A stretch of DNA of 64,000 nt from Amoebidium appalachense (taxonomy: Eukaryota > Protista > Ichthyosporea). This document shows, piece by piece, positions 20,906-37,189 of this stretch. How positions within the stretch are numbered: position 1 is the first letter of the stretch; each line of letters opens with the position of its first letter. The stretch is taken from positions 9,025,059-9,089,058 of the forward strand of contig CAVNZM010000002.1 in NCBI GenBank assembly GCA_963693365.1, read 5' to 3'. Under the pieces are notes generated by a model that was given only the letters and a program-made list of their open reading frames with translations, made no database searches and was not told where the DNA came from. Position numbers and translations under genes: made by a program.

Positions 20906-21810
20906 GTTTGCACTCATTTGCACCTTTTGCGCTGTTTAGGTGAGGACCGAACCCATACGGCAAACGGGCAAAAAACACGTATGATAGAAAGAAGATGAGA
21001 AGCTGGAAGTAATGGAAGGGTGGCCCTGGGGCAAAACGGAGGGGTTTATGACTGAAAAGAGCCAAGCCCCTGCCGGTGAAACGGCGCTGAGCTGACGTTA
21101 ATGGTTGTGAGAAGTGCCCTGTATGTAGAATGCCTAGGGGAATTGGAATTGCAATACTTTAGTGTGGGGGTAGGTGTTGGGTGTGTCCCAAAAGAACTGC
21201 GAAGGTGTTCTACCCAAAGCCAAACTATGTCCCTGACTTTAACTATTCTGCAGTAATAAATAGTACTACAGTAGGCATGGAATATCGTTCTATGTGGCAT
21301 GGAAAAAACTCACTGTGCTAACAACACGACCGCGAGTGCTAAAACTGAGAGTAGTGTGAATCTTGAATCGAAATAGGCACATGCATCAGTTGAGTAGCCA
21401 CGCCTCCCTTATATATACCAACCGGTCATAAGCCAATTATTATCTTGCAAAGCTGGTGTTGTATATTTCTATTTTTTTATATAGTTTAATAGTAGGATAA
21501 AGCACAAAAACGTTCGACGTTGTTTTACAATAGCTCGCAGATGGGGGTACCATACCACGGATGGCCGTGGTACCATATTTTATACTGGTGGATGACGAAG
21601 GAATGCACACTTATACGAGTAACCAATTACAATAAGGATATTAATAATATTATATCCCTTCAGCCAATAAAATAAGACGCGTAATCTAATTGGTGGAGAC
21701 CCGAAAGCTAAAAATTGCACAACCGGCAAACTCGGTTGTCGGTTGCAACGAAGTGTAGCTTCCTATAGGTACCTAGGCTATACTGGGTAAAAAAAGAAGT
21801 CTCCGTGGCA

Positions 21811-21820
21811 CTATATAAAA
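21811..21820 (+). promoter_or_regulatory. Candidate TATA box of the SDR gene, within a ~930-bp divergent intergenic region shared with the GT92 gene
   Basis: ctatataaaa ends 12 nt upstream of the SDR ATG at 21833, which is unusually close. GT92 starts at 20905 on the opposite strand. Confidence 0.35.
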
Positions 21821-21832
21821 CAAGTGTCGAAC

Positions 21833-26120
<4,288 letters not shown>

Positions 26121-27094
26121 CCCATGGGCGGGATTCGATATTTCCTAGGCATGGGTGTTGTTGGATATATGGTTTCTGTGTTGATGTTCATGTGAATGTA
26201 ACTGTCGTGGGATGATGTTTATATTAGTATCTCTTTTCCAGGGTTATCACAAGTAGACTATGAAATCAACATATGAACACAAGAAAATATCGAGAGTGTA
26301 AGGGCACAAGTTGAATAGATGGACATATACGTGGGTGTCTTCTCGGCTCTTTGCAGATCTTCCCCTTCTTCACAATCGGTTGATAACCAAGAAATGCACA
26401 GCTTGACAGTAAAAAATATCAGAAAACTCTTACTCTGCTGAAAGTTTGTATCTATCTCTTTGTATATTGCTTTGCATTTTAGGTTATACATAACTTTTAT
26501 TTTATGCCACAAGTTATAATGATTACCTGCTGTTCACCCGTGCGTTGATCACTTTCAATATAGGATAATTTTGTCTGCTGTAAACTGTAAATAACACATC
26601 TACGTTGACCTCTTCGTATCTTTTCAATGGTCAATATAGTTTTTATACATCTGCTGACCCACTGCATTACCAACTCCCCTTTATATTAACGGCCGTTGGA
26701 TCAATTTCCATGGCTGGCCAGATCTGAAGCTGATTTTCCGTGTAATCGCACAATCGGTTCGGTGCACGTGAAAGGGTTACTCAGCACACTTGAAAAAAAA
26801 ATACTGGGGAGCATGTTTGTGGTGGTAGCAGACACCACACCTAGATATCATGGCCAGTTGAAAACCGTGGATATACCTCAACTGCAATTAAATAGTCATT
26901 TCTAGTTGGAGAATGGGTATATCCGGCACCTGGCCGCATATCAACTGTACTTCTTCAGCCAAACTCGTTCGTGATGTCAGAATAAATAATGCCGTAATGA
27001 TATCTCACTCACTCCTTAGTTCTATTTTTAGGTGTTTTTGGTCTTTGTTAGAGAGATCTGTGTAAATACGTGTGTTTCTTAGTCACTTGGCTAT

Positions 27095-27351
27095 CTAACA
27101 CCTACCACCTACTGAGGCGGTGTCTCCCTTTTCTTTTCTTTTTCTTTTTTCTTTTTTTTTTTTTTTTTTGCAAAAAAGGATAACACGTACTGACGTGTTG
27201 CCGCACGTGCGACGTTATACATCTACTTGTGGCGGCAACACGCCTAGCACGTGCTGACGTGTTGCCGCACGTGCGACGTTATACATCTACTTCTTTTTGC
27301 AAAAAAAGAAAGAAAAAAAAAAAAGGGAGACACCGCCTCAGTAGGTGGTAG
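27095..27351. mobile_element. Mutator-like (MULE/foldback) non-autonomous MITE with 9-bp TSD
   Basis: Long TIR ctaccacctactgaggcggtgtctccc(T-rich)tgcaaaaa from 27102 is mirrored at 27294-27351. A 9-bp direct repeat cttggctat lies at 27086-27094 and 27352-27360. There are two internal 45-bp direct repeats (27184-27228, 27248-27292). Confidence 0.85.
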
Positions 27352-27561
27352 CTTGGCTATGCGTCCGGCTATCCGGGCTCCGATTATGGCCACTAGGGCT
27401 CGCACCGTTGTTAGCTCCGATTGGCTAGCTACGCACCACAACTTGAGTGGTGCATTTTGATCAAACCAATAGAAGAAGTTCTTTTGAATTGCGTTTAACA
27501 GCCAATGATAATACAGTATATCTAGCTTTATTTGGTTATCTGGCCTCCACCGTTCCTACCC

Positions 27562-27605
<44 letters not shown>

Positions 27606-27664
27606 AAAAAAACAAAACGTTCAACACCGGCACACACACCACGAGTGCACATACACAACCACAT

Positions 27665-27724
<60 letters not shown>

Positions 27725-28177
27725 ACACACACACCCACACACACACCCACCCACACACACACACAGACACACACACGCATTGTGCGGCCTGCACACGTGC
27801 ACGCCACACGTGCACATGTACATGTAAACGCGTTCCAAACCATTCGCGCGTGTGTCGACCACGACAAACACACAACAGACACGTGCACTACGCGTGCATA
27901 TGTATGCATACATACACGCGTACGTGCACACGAACTACGGTATGTATTACGATCACATGTATACGCGCGTCACAGTGCACGCACACCTGCTGTGCTTGAT
28001 CAAGTACATGTGCACCCCCGTGCACACGATGCGCATGCACATCCACACACACATCATGTGACACATATGGGAACATGAACACACACGAACACACACGGAC
28101 GTGCGCGCACACATACACACACGGCACACTACACACACACACACACCGTGGCACATACACCGGTACACGGCACACGT

Positions 28178-28217
<40 letters not shown>

Positions 28218-28312
28218 ACACGCACAGTCACACGTACTTACACCAGCGCAGACACGCACACACACACACACGCATGCACTGCACAAGTTCACATGTACAC
28301 ATACACGTACAA

Positions 28313-28375
<63 letters not shown>

Positions 28376-29932
28376 CAGTCGCGTGCTCCCACACAAACCG
28401 GTATAAAAGCAAGGAGTTTGTGTCAAAGGGTTTTATAAAATATTCGCTGAGCCTTTATTATTGATCTTGCAAAACCTGTGCTCTTATATCTTCCTGTCTT
28501 CTGTGGGCCAGAAGCACAATTGCATCCTCTCGGTGCTTCTTTCCCCAGCCCAGACGTGCCGTGTTTATGATAGCCAAGAATTGAAAGTACCACTGCACGT
28601 TTATTTACGGGGAGCGGATTTTTAAAGATTACGAATGTGGCCTGAGCAAGTGTACCATTGCTACTCGGTACATGTATCAAAAATGCATGTTTTAGATCGA
28701 AACAAATCTTCGGGAACTGTTTGTAAATACCCACTAAAAGAGTGAGCACCAGATATGGTTAAAATTCTACATGTCTCGGACAAATACCTACATAAACAAA
28801 CATAATAATATCAGCTATTTCAATAATAGCGTGCGCACTTGGGTGGCCTACCCTTGTTCATCTGGTGCTGCCTAAGGCTTTGAGGATTAATAAACGTGCG
28901 CCCACAACAATAATACACATCATGATCGGCATTATACAGGTGGTCTTCCAGATCCTCAAACGAACCGAAAACAGCAGGGCAATAGCGGCACTTCCGATTA
29001 TGCAAATCGTTGAAAAATCCATTGGGCAACCGGATTCTCCCTGCCCGTGCGTCTTTCAACACCCCATAAAGATCCAACTCCTGCGAATGGATTGTCATGT
29101 CGGGTTCTGGTGCCGGGGTCCGGGGTGGGGGTTGTTGTTGTGGCATAGGTGGGGGGTGTCTTGGAAAATTTATGTTGTTCTGTTGGGGTGGACGGAATTG
29201 TAGTTGCGGTGCCACGGGCATCTGAAAGTTAAGAATGTTATTGTTCATGGGCGCATTATAGCGGTATTGCATTTGTGGCACGGGTGGACGCGGATTGTAG
29301 AAATTGGGGTTAGCAAGGCCTGCGTTCAAACCGCTCCAGCCGTATTGATATCCTTCCTCGTGATCATTATCATCTTCATCATCTTTATGTCCATAGGCCA
29401 CAGCTGCACCCCGGAACCCCGTGTGAATTCTGTTCCGTTGGTCGTGTGTCCAAGTACGCCACACTACATCGGTAGCAAAACCCCGTGCCGCATTTGCACG
29501 TGACAAACTTGCAACTGTCTGCACTCTTCTCCACCTGCAAACATGTACTCCGTCAGTACTACCGAGTCGAAGATGAATGTGTTTATTGTTAGCCCAGAGT
29601 AGGGATGAGACACCCAACCCTAATTCTGGGATAAGCCAAGGGTGTGGGGCTGGACAGGTTGGCTGCCGAGGAACCTTACACGAGAATGCTCGCGTACATT
29701 TATGCTTGCATGTGTGCATGTGGGGGGAAAGACAAGGATGCGGGGGGATGTGCACGTGTGTGCCGAGGTGGTGGTGGTGGTGGTGGTGGGGGGGGGGGGG
29801 ATCTTGGGATAGGGGGGGTGGAGAGGGAGAGGGGGGGGGGGGGGGGAGGGGGGGGAGGGGGGAGGAAGGGGGAGGAGACGGGGGGCATTTCCGTTTTTGT
29901 CAAAAAGCAGCCTTCGAGTATCTAGAAGACCA

Positions 29933-30084
29933 TGGTCGAACCCAGCTACCTATTGCCGAATGCAGCGGGTATATACGGCCCCCATGGCTACAAATGAGGG
30001 AGCGCCGGTGGTCGAACCCAGCTACCTATTGCCGAATGCAGCGGGTATATACGGTCCCCATGGCTACAAGTGAGGGAGCGCCGG
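29933..30084. repeat. Tandem duplication with a 76-bp period, possibly tRNA-derived
   Basis: 29933-30008 and 30009-30084 differ at 2 positions. The minus strand has a T-arm/B-box-like gctgg-gttcgacca-ccggc across the junction. Confidence 0.8.
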
Positions 30085-30409
30085 AAAAGGAGGGGAGGGA
30101 AGAAGGGAGTGAAGGAGAGAGAGGGATAAGGTAATGCATGCATAGCCAGCGGATGGTGCGGAGGGGGGCTGGGGGGCGAAGGGGGGGGGGGGGGGGACGA
30201 AGGGGCCGGAGTCGACCACGATGAAGAAACATGACATGAGGAAGGCCGGCTACGTAAATGATATAGAGAAGGGAATGTCAGGAGCAAAGATGGGGAATGA
30301 ACCGGAATTTCATTTCTTTCTAATCCTCCCCCCCCCCCGGCATCCCTAAGCCAACAGAAGGAGGTCACGGAGGACAGAGAAAGAGGGGAACATCACAACC
30401 AGAATCATC

Positions 30410-30445
<36 letters not shown>

Positions 30446-30713
30446 GCCAACATACATTTATATGATTATCCCCCTCCCACATTCCCGCTCCTTCATACAA
30501 ACACAAACACACGCTAATACCCATTCCCATGCCCCTCCCCCCCCAAACACAAACATGCTAATACCCATTCCCATGCCCCTCCCCCCCCCCCCCCCCTCCC
30601 CCCCTCCCCCCCCCCCCCCCCCCCTCTCCCCTCCTGCAGGGCCCCCTTCCACACCCACCTACTCACTCACCGACTCATTGACAGCACACAAACGAAGCAC
30701 ACACATGCACACA

Positions 30714-30761
<48 letters not shown>

Positions 30762-30930
30762 CCCACACCCACCCACCCACCCACCCACCCACACAGACAC
30801 AAACCACAGGCACACACACACATGCACACATACATGCACACACACGCACACACACACTCTCGCACTCACACACGCACGCACACACACACACACACACACA
30901 CGAAGGCGCGCGCGCGCGCACTCACACACG

Positions 30931-31015
<85 letters not shown>

Positions 31016-31383
31016 TCACACACACACACCAACACGTACCATTTCAACGCATTTTGCGCATGCCTTCCACTGCTGGTTCCTTGCCAGCCTCAGCAGCGCC
31101 GCATCGGCCGGCTTGAGTCTGATCTCCGGCGGCAGGGCCATAAAGTCGGCACACGTCAGGCCCTTGCCACGGCACCTTGCACTGCACACACGACATGCGC
31201 TTGCACTCAAAACACTCAACCTGCAGGCAGGTAAACAAATTATGTTGCATGTAGATGGCATGGGTGGTCGTGTGAACAGGAATTGGGGAGGGGTGGGGGG
31301 GTGGGGGGAAGGAAAGGGAGGAGGAGAGGAAGGGGGTAGTTGGGGAGGGGGGAGGGGCAGAAAGAAAGCAGAGGCTTTTCTCT

Positions 31384-31416
<33 letters not shown>

Positions 31417-31592
31417 GGGTGGGGTGGGGTGGGGGGAGGGGGGGGGTTGTATTACAGGTGCCAAATCTGGAAACGGTTCCTGTGTATGTGGTTGTGGTAC
31501 TCCTTGTAGCAGCAAAAGGGTTGGAAATGAGTATATCTACCACACCGGGCCAAAGTGGGGAGGGGAGGGGGGGGGGGGGGGGGGGGGGGGGG

Positions 31593-31725
31593 TTTGAATG
31601 CGGAACACGGTACGAAGTACGCATACACGAAGGACACATGCAAAGGCAAACATTCAAGCATGCAACATAGCCATGCGCGCAGTATGCGTCATAAGCAGAG
31701 CCCATCCTCAGGGAGGGCTCAGGGG

Positions 31726-31760
<35 letters not shown>

Positions 31761-32613
31761 ATAGCTGTATTAAATATTCTTTTCCCGTCCAACTATCCTG
31801 TGCCTAATCGTGTGTGCATGCATTCAGCGTGTGCACACCGTTCGATCGTCACTGAGGCAGCCAAATAGTGAAGGTGGAAGGGTCGCAAACCAACTCCCCC
31901 TCCCCCTCCCCCCTCCCTTCCTTCCCACACACACACACACATACAAATACACTCCTACACACACGCGAAACCTACATCTCCCCTTCCCCCCCCCCCCATA
32001 CACACACACACACACCCGAACCAACACCCACACGCTTGATTCGAAGACAATCATCCAGCTCAACACAAAAGGTACAAACGCAGGACGGGAAGAGGGAGGG
32101 GGAGGGGGGGGTTTGAATGCGGAACACAGTACGAAGTACGCATACACGATGAGAAGCATGGTGCAGGACACATGCAAAGGCAAACATTCAAGTATGCAAC
32201 ATCAGCCGTGCGCACAGTATGCGTCATAAGCAGAGCCCATCCTCCGGGGGGGGGGGGGTTGAATGCGGTATACAGTATACAATGACGATGCACAACGAAT
32301 GGAACATAAAACATGGGAAGAGAGCAACATATAGCAGGCAGGCAAAAGCAAAAGGCAGCATAAAGCGAGAATACAACACAAACAGAGGGAAGGGGGTGGG
32401 AGGGGGATGTGACAGAGGGGCAGAGAACACGAAAAACATGCCAGCAAAGTAAGTCGCAGAAGGAAAACAGTCCCAACAACAGATAAGTGAAAGCCAAAAG
32501 CATAGCGCCCGGGGGGAGGGTGGGTGAAGGGTTGGATGTGGTACACAGTATACAGTGACGATACAAACGTATGGAACACAACACATGGAAGAGAGCAACA
32601 TCTAGTTACGCGC

Positions 32614-32706
<93 letters not shown>

Positions 32707-32709
32707 TGC

Positions 32710-32760
<51 letters not shown>

Positions 32761-32808
32761 TGTGTGTTGGTTGGTGTCTGTGTGTGTTTGTGTCTGTGTC
32801 TGTGTGTG

Positions 32809-32866
<58 letters not shown>

Positions 32867-33144
32867 GTGCGTCCGTGTGTGTGTGCATATGAGTGTGTGT
32901 TGTGAGTGTGTGTGTGTATGTGTGTGTCTGTGTTGTGTCCGTGTGTTGTGTCAGTGTATGTCTGTTCAGTAACTGCAAGTGGTTTTTGCATGAACATGTC
33001 TTCTTGTGTGTGCTGTGTGCAGAAGTGAGGAAGAAAGGGGGGGGGGGGGGGGGGGGGGGGTAATGCGGTATACAGTACACAGTGAAGATGCACAACGAAT
33101 GGAACACAACATGGAAGAGCGCAACATATAGCAGGTAGGCAAAA
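31593..33144. repeat. Dispersed intronic duplications in the RBR pseudogene
   Basis: 31593-31709 resembles 32111-32244 (tttgaatgcggaacac...gagcccatcctc). A second unit (aatgcggtatacagta...gcaacatatagcagg) lies at ~32262-32346, ~32540-32603 and ~33062-33144. Confidence 0.8.
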
Positions 33145-33292
33145 GGGGGGGGGGGGGGGTAGCAATAAAACCAGCTCGAACAGATTCCCCTTCAGTCCAC
33201 CTCCTCCCCCCCCCTCTCCCCCCGGCAGGACACAGCAAGAAGTGTGCAAGGGAGAGAGGGGGAGAAGAGGGGGGGGGGGGGGGGGGGAGGGG

Positions 33293-33359
<67 letters not shown>

Positions 33360-33384
33360 GGGGGGGGGGAGGGAGAGGGGGAGG

Positions 33385-33445
<61 letters not shown>

Positions 33446-33476
33446 GGGGGGGGGGGGGGGGGGGGAGGGGAGGGGG

Positions 33477-33510
<34 letters not shown>

Positions 33511-35557
33511 CGGGGAATAGAGGAACAAATGTGTTTTTATGTGCAGTTTACCGCATGGTACTTGCACAGAAGAATACCCCAGGTTTGATAAAAAATGGGG
33601 GTCTCTCCAAAAGATGCATGTGTGGGTGTCTAAATGAGTATATGGGTGCGTGTGTGGCTACCTATAAGGGGGAGGGGGGGGGGGGGGGGGGGGTTTCAAG
33701 GAACCAATAAGGAGACAGTCAGCAGATGAAGTGCGGGGAAGACCATGGGACGAAGAGCAGGGGGAAGGGGGCAGAGGCCGGAGGCAAAGCAAGCGAGGGG
33801 GACAGAAGAGGCCGAGGGAGAAGGAGGTGGGGAAGGGGGGAGGTTGGGGGGGGGGGGGGGGGGGGGGAGGGGGGGGGACAGGTAGGGGCGCGACCCACAT
33901 ACACCATAATGGCATGACCATCCCGCCCACCTTGTATTCGTCTGCAGAGCCAACCCGTCCAGGCTCAAAGTCAAACACGGCCTTACAGTTATCGTACGCA
34001 CAGAAGTGCTGCTGCTGCATAAACCGGCTTTTTGATGTCGAGCTGCTGAAGGAGATTGAAAACATCCCCACAGCCAGCAAGCAGCGAAGAACACTCCTGC
34101 AAGGACAAATTGTCAGAGAAGCATACTACGGAAGGGACTCCGAAACTGCTTTGTATATAATGTCTGTTTTTTTTTTCTCGTGAAATGGTAGGCAACAAGT
34201 GCTATGACTCCCCCCTCCTCCATCCGGCCCTTTTCTATCCCCCTCCCCCCCCCCCCACCCCCTTCCCCCCCCCCCCCCCCACCCCACCCCTCCTGGCTTT
34301 CCTTTCCTCCGTCTCCTTTACTCTCATTCAACCGCTTCTATCCCTTGCCCTCCCCACACCACAGCATGGCCGACTCCGTGTGTTTTCGTCTGTCCAGCCG
34401 ATATAAAGAAGAAGGGACAGGGATTACATGTCGGGGGAAATGGGGGAAGGAGTCAGAGGAAAAGGGGGGGGGGAGGGGGGGGGGGCCACGCTTGAATCAG
34501 AACTAACGGTCTCCTGTCGTTAAAGCTTATGCACACTCACAGCAAATATACATACAGAACAGTCACTCATCTCCCTATCTTTCCCACTCTCTGCCCACAT
34601 CCCTCACTTCGCTGCTGGTGCAGACAGATTTCCTATTATGCCACATCAAGAACCCTTCTCCCTTGGCACGTAGAGTTATAAGCATAACACAGCCACCCGC
34701 AGACAGATTTTTTCATACTCCTCACAACATAATAAAACCGTGATGACAACTGTGTCACACACCCACCTCAAAGGTCATGTTACCCTTGCAGATTGTCGTA
34801 GGTCAACGAATAGGGTACACCCTCGCCTTCACCTTTCCGATGAAATAGTTCCGCAAGCACACAGAACAATAACTGTCTCTACATCCCAACCTCACAAGCT
34901 CAAAGTCGGCGTTTCCCTCGAGACATACGGGGCAATCCTGAGACACTTTATCTTTGCCATGTGCACGTTGCGGTAAAAGCCCCTGTGCTTTCGCATCGTT
35001 TCGCACAAGCTTCTCCAATTCTTGGTTGAGTTGCTCTGTAGTCTTATCTTGGTTTTCTGGTTTTGCCAACAGATTCGCGAGTATTTCATTTTTTCTCTCA
35101 GCCAGAACCCTGGCCTGTTCTCTCGCCGCACTCTCAGAGAAGTGGTAGAGCTTTTGCCTTGGCTAAACATCTCGGGGAATATTTCGCTTTCAAGCCGACC
35201 GCTTACTCCCAGCTCTTGCAGCTGTATGCGTAAGGCCGACGGATACGCCAGATCCGGCTTCGTTGTGAAAAATAACTCCCACAACAAGTAGCTCTCGACC
35301 ACTGCTTGCCACTGTGTGCTAGCTTGGCCTCAAAAGTACCACAGCTGCACAGGTTGACCGATAGCCGGTTCTTTCTCTTATTTTTTTCGCGTGTGTACAT
35401 ATGTAGGCCATGTATAGTGTCGGACGCCGTAGAGTAACCCCCTCTGAGATGCTGGGGCTCAATCGCGCACATACGTGCCACGCGTACGGTGGCTGCGGTA
35501 TCACCAATATGGAGGGGTATGACGTCATCAGCCGCCTTAAAGCCCCGAAAATGACGT

Positions 35558-35597
35558 AATTCTAGCGCACGCGCACACACACACAAACACACACACA

Positions 35598-35640
<43 letters not shown>

Positions 35641-35671
35641 CCAGCTGATACCGAGTGTCCCAGGGGAGCCC

Positions 35672-35720
<49 letters not shown>

Positions 35721-35923
35721 GGGGAACCCCACCTAATTGATTTCTCCTTGTAGTCTTTATGGTGTCTCGTAGAGAAAGTAAACCCTGATATAGCCTATAC
35801 TATAGTCATCACCCGACATCTATGTACGTGATCATGATATACCGCTGAGGGGATATTCCGAGCAAAACCCCCCCCATACCTGAGACTGGTTTCTCTTTGC
35901 CTCGAGTAAACAGCGTAAACCCC
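35558..35923 (+). mobile_element. LINE family A 3' UTR copy; possibly the tail of a 576-bp SINE-like element at 35348-35923
   Basis: Matches ~48748-49112, including the (CA)n tract, the internal poly(A) and the terminal GTAAACCCC. An 8-bp direct repeat cacagctg lies at 35340-35347 and 35924-35931. Confidence 0.9.
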
Positions 35924-35931
35924 CACAGCTG

Positions 35932-36371
35932 TTTATTAATAGAAAATTTGCTTTTGACTGGATTTATTCGACGGAAAGATATTGTGTGGGGGGCGGTTTA
36001 CTCGCGGCTGCATATCTATCAATAAATGCAACCTGTTAGCTAATGTATTAGAACCGGAGGTTGTTGGCGGTTTTATTCTCTTTTCTTCCTCTCTTCCTCA
36101 ATATATCCGTTTTAAGATGACTATCCTAGATCACCTTATTAATGCTGCACAGTATGATATTGTGATCCGGTGCCTTAACTTTCTTTCGGGGCTACCGATG
36201 CTAGCCTCTGCTTACCCATAATATGTAATAGGGGTGTCATATACTACGATGGCGCTCATTGTTGCCTAGCATGTACATATGTCACTGGCTGCATTTGATT
36301 GGCTGTGCTGGAAAACTCGAATGTGGCTGGGCCTCCGGCAGTGTCCACGCAATAAAAAGTGTGTAAACCCC
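35932..36371 (+). mobile_element. 3' fragment of a second, divergent LINE family (B)
   Basis: ORF 35982-36221 (CGGRFTRGCISINKCNLL...TILDHLINAAQYDIVIRCLNFL) aligns by eye with the family A C-terminus (FNRSCIAKCSLI...NILDFILNTRNYDLFIRCIDWL). It is followed by an unrelated 150-nt 3' UTR that ends in GTAAACCCC. Confidence 0.8.
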
Positions 36372-36713
36372 TTTCATATATGGCAAATTTACCATTTTCT
36401 ACAATTTCGAGTTTCTGACCATGATTTTAGATTGTATATTTTTTTTTGGCTCTTGTATATATTTGGCTATCTCATGGGGGGCTCCAGGCCCCGCGCAGTG
36501 TTTGCAGCCTATTGCGTTATCCAGCACGGCCTACTACACAGCAACCCCTACAAGCACAATACATACGTGGGAAATGCTGCAACTATCATCACTCAGGTGA
36601 CCGGACTAGTAGTGTGTGTGTGTGTATGTGTGTGTGTGTGTGTGTGTGTGAGTGTGTGTGCGTGTGTGTGAGTGTGTGTGCGTGTGTGTGTGTGGGTGTG
36701 AGTGAGTGAGTGA

Positions 36714-36751
<38 letters not shown>

Positions 36752-37067
36752 GTACATATGTGTTGACATGTGGGTGCATGTGTGTGTGTGTGGGCGCGCG
36801 CGCGCAGCGCGTAATTGTGTGCCGTGCGTGCGTGCGGGAGAGGGTGTGCATGCATATGCATGTGCATTACCAGTTCTACGAGCCCGAGCGTCTTTTATCG
36901 AACAACTCCTCTTTTCCAGGCTAGCGCTACTCTTGAGGCATAGAACAACGGCCACAAGCATGTATGCTTTGGGTCTACTGGATTATCTAGGTGGCACGGG
37001 TTCGAACCTTGGTGCGCCAACTTTTTTTTTTTTTTTTTTTTACGTTCGCATTTATTTTATTTTATTT

Positions 37068-37109
<42 letters not shown>

Positions 37110-37189
37110 CCGAGCACATCTCCTGCAAGCTCTTGAAGGGATACGTCGATTGCAGTAGATATTATTAAATTTGCATGCGTAGTTTAGGA

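Larger units (their letters stand above)
28820..35311 (-). pseudogene. RBR (RING1-IBR-RING2) E3 ubiquitin ligase with a downstream acidic/Pro-Gln/C2H2 zinc-finger region, disabled
   Basis: Exons ~35311-35207, 35162-34767 (RING1: CPVC...LGCRDSYCSVC...YPIR*PTTIC), 34096-33931, 31220-31040 (IBR) and 29534-29385 (RING2: VEKSADSCKFVTCKCGTGFCYRC). A shifted frame continues to 28820 with CRYCPAVFGSFEDLEDHLYNADH and CCGRTFINPQSLRQHQ. Lesions: TGA at 34803-34805 and frameshifts at ~34031, ~31165 and probably ~29390. The 5' end is unresolved. Confidence 0.8.

Noticed and set aside
28423-28749. 108-aa minus-strand ORF
   Set aside because: No ATG start or recognisable motif; probably a chance ORF downstream of the RBR locus.
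29933-30084. CRISPR array or functional tRNA gene
   Set aside because: Eukaryotic context, no unique spacers, and no D-arm or good anticodon stem.
34803-34805. In-frame TGA at a conserved RING1 Cys as selenocysteine or readthrough
   Set aside because: The same gene has several frameshifts and no SECIS was recognised; a nonsense mutation is simpler.
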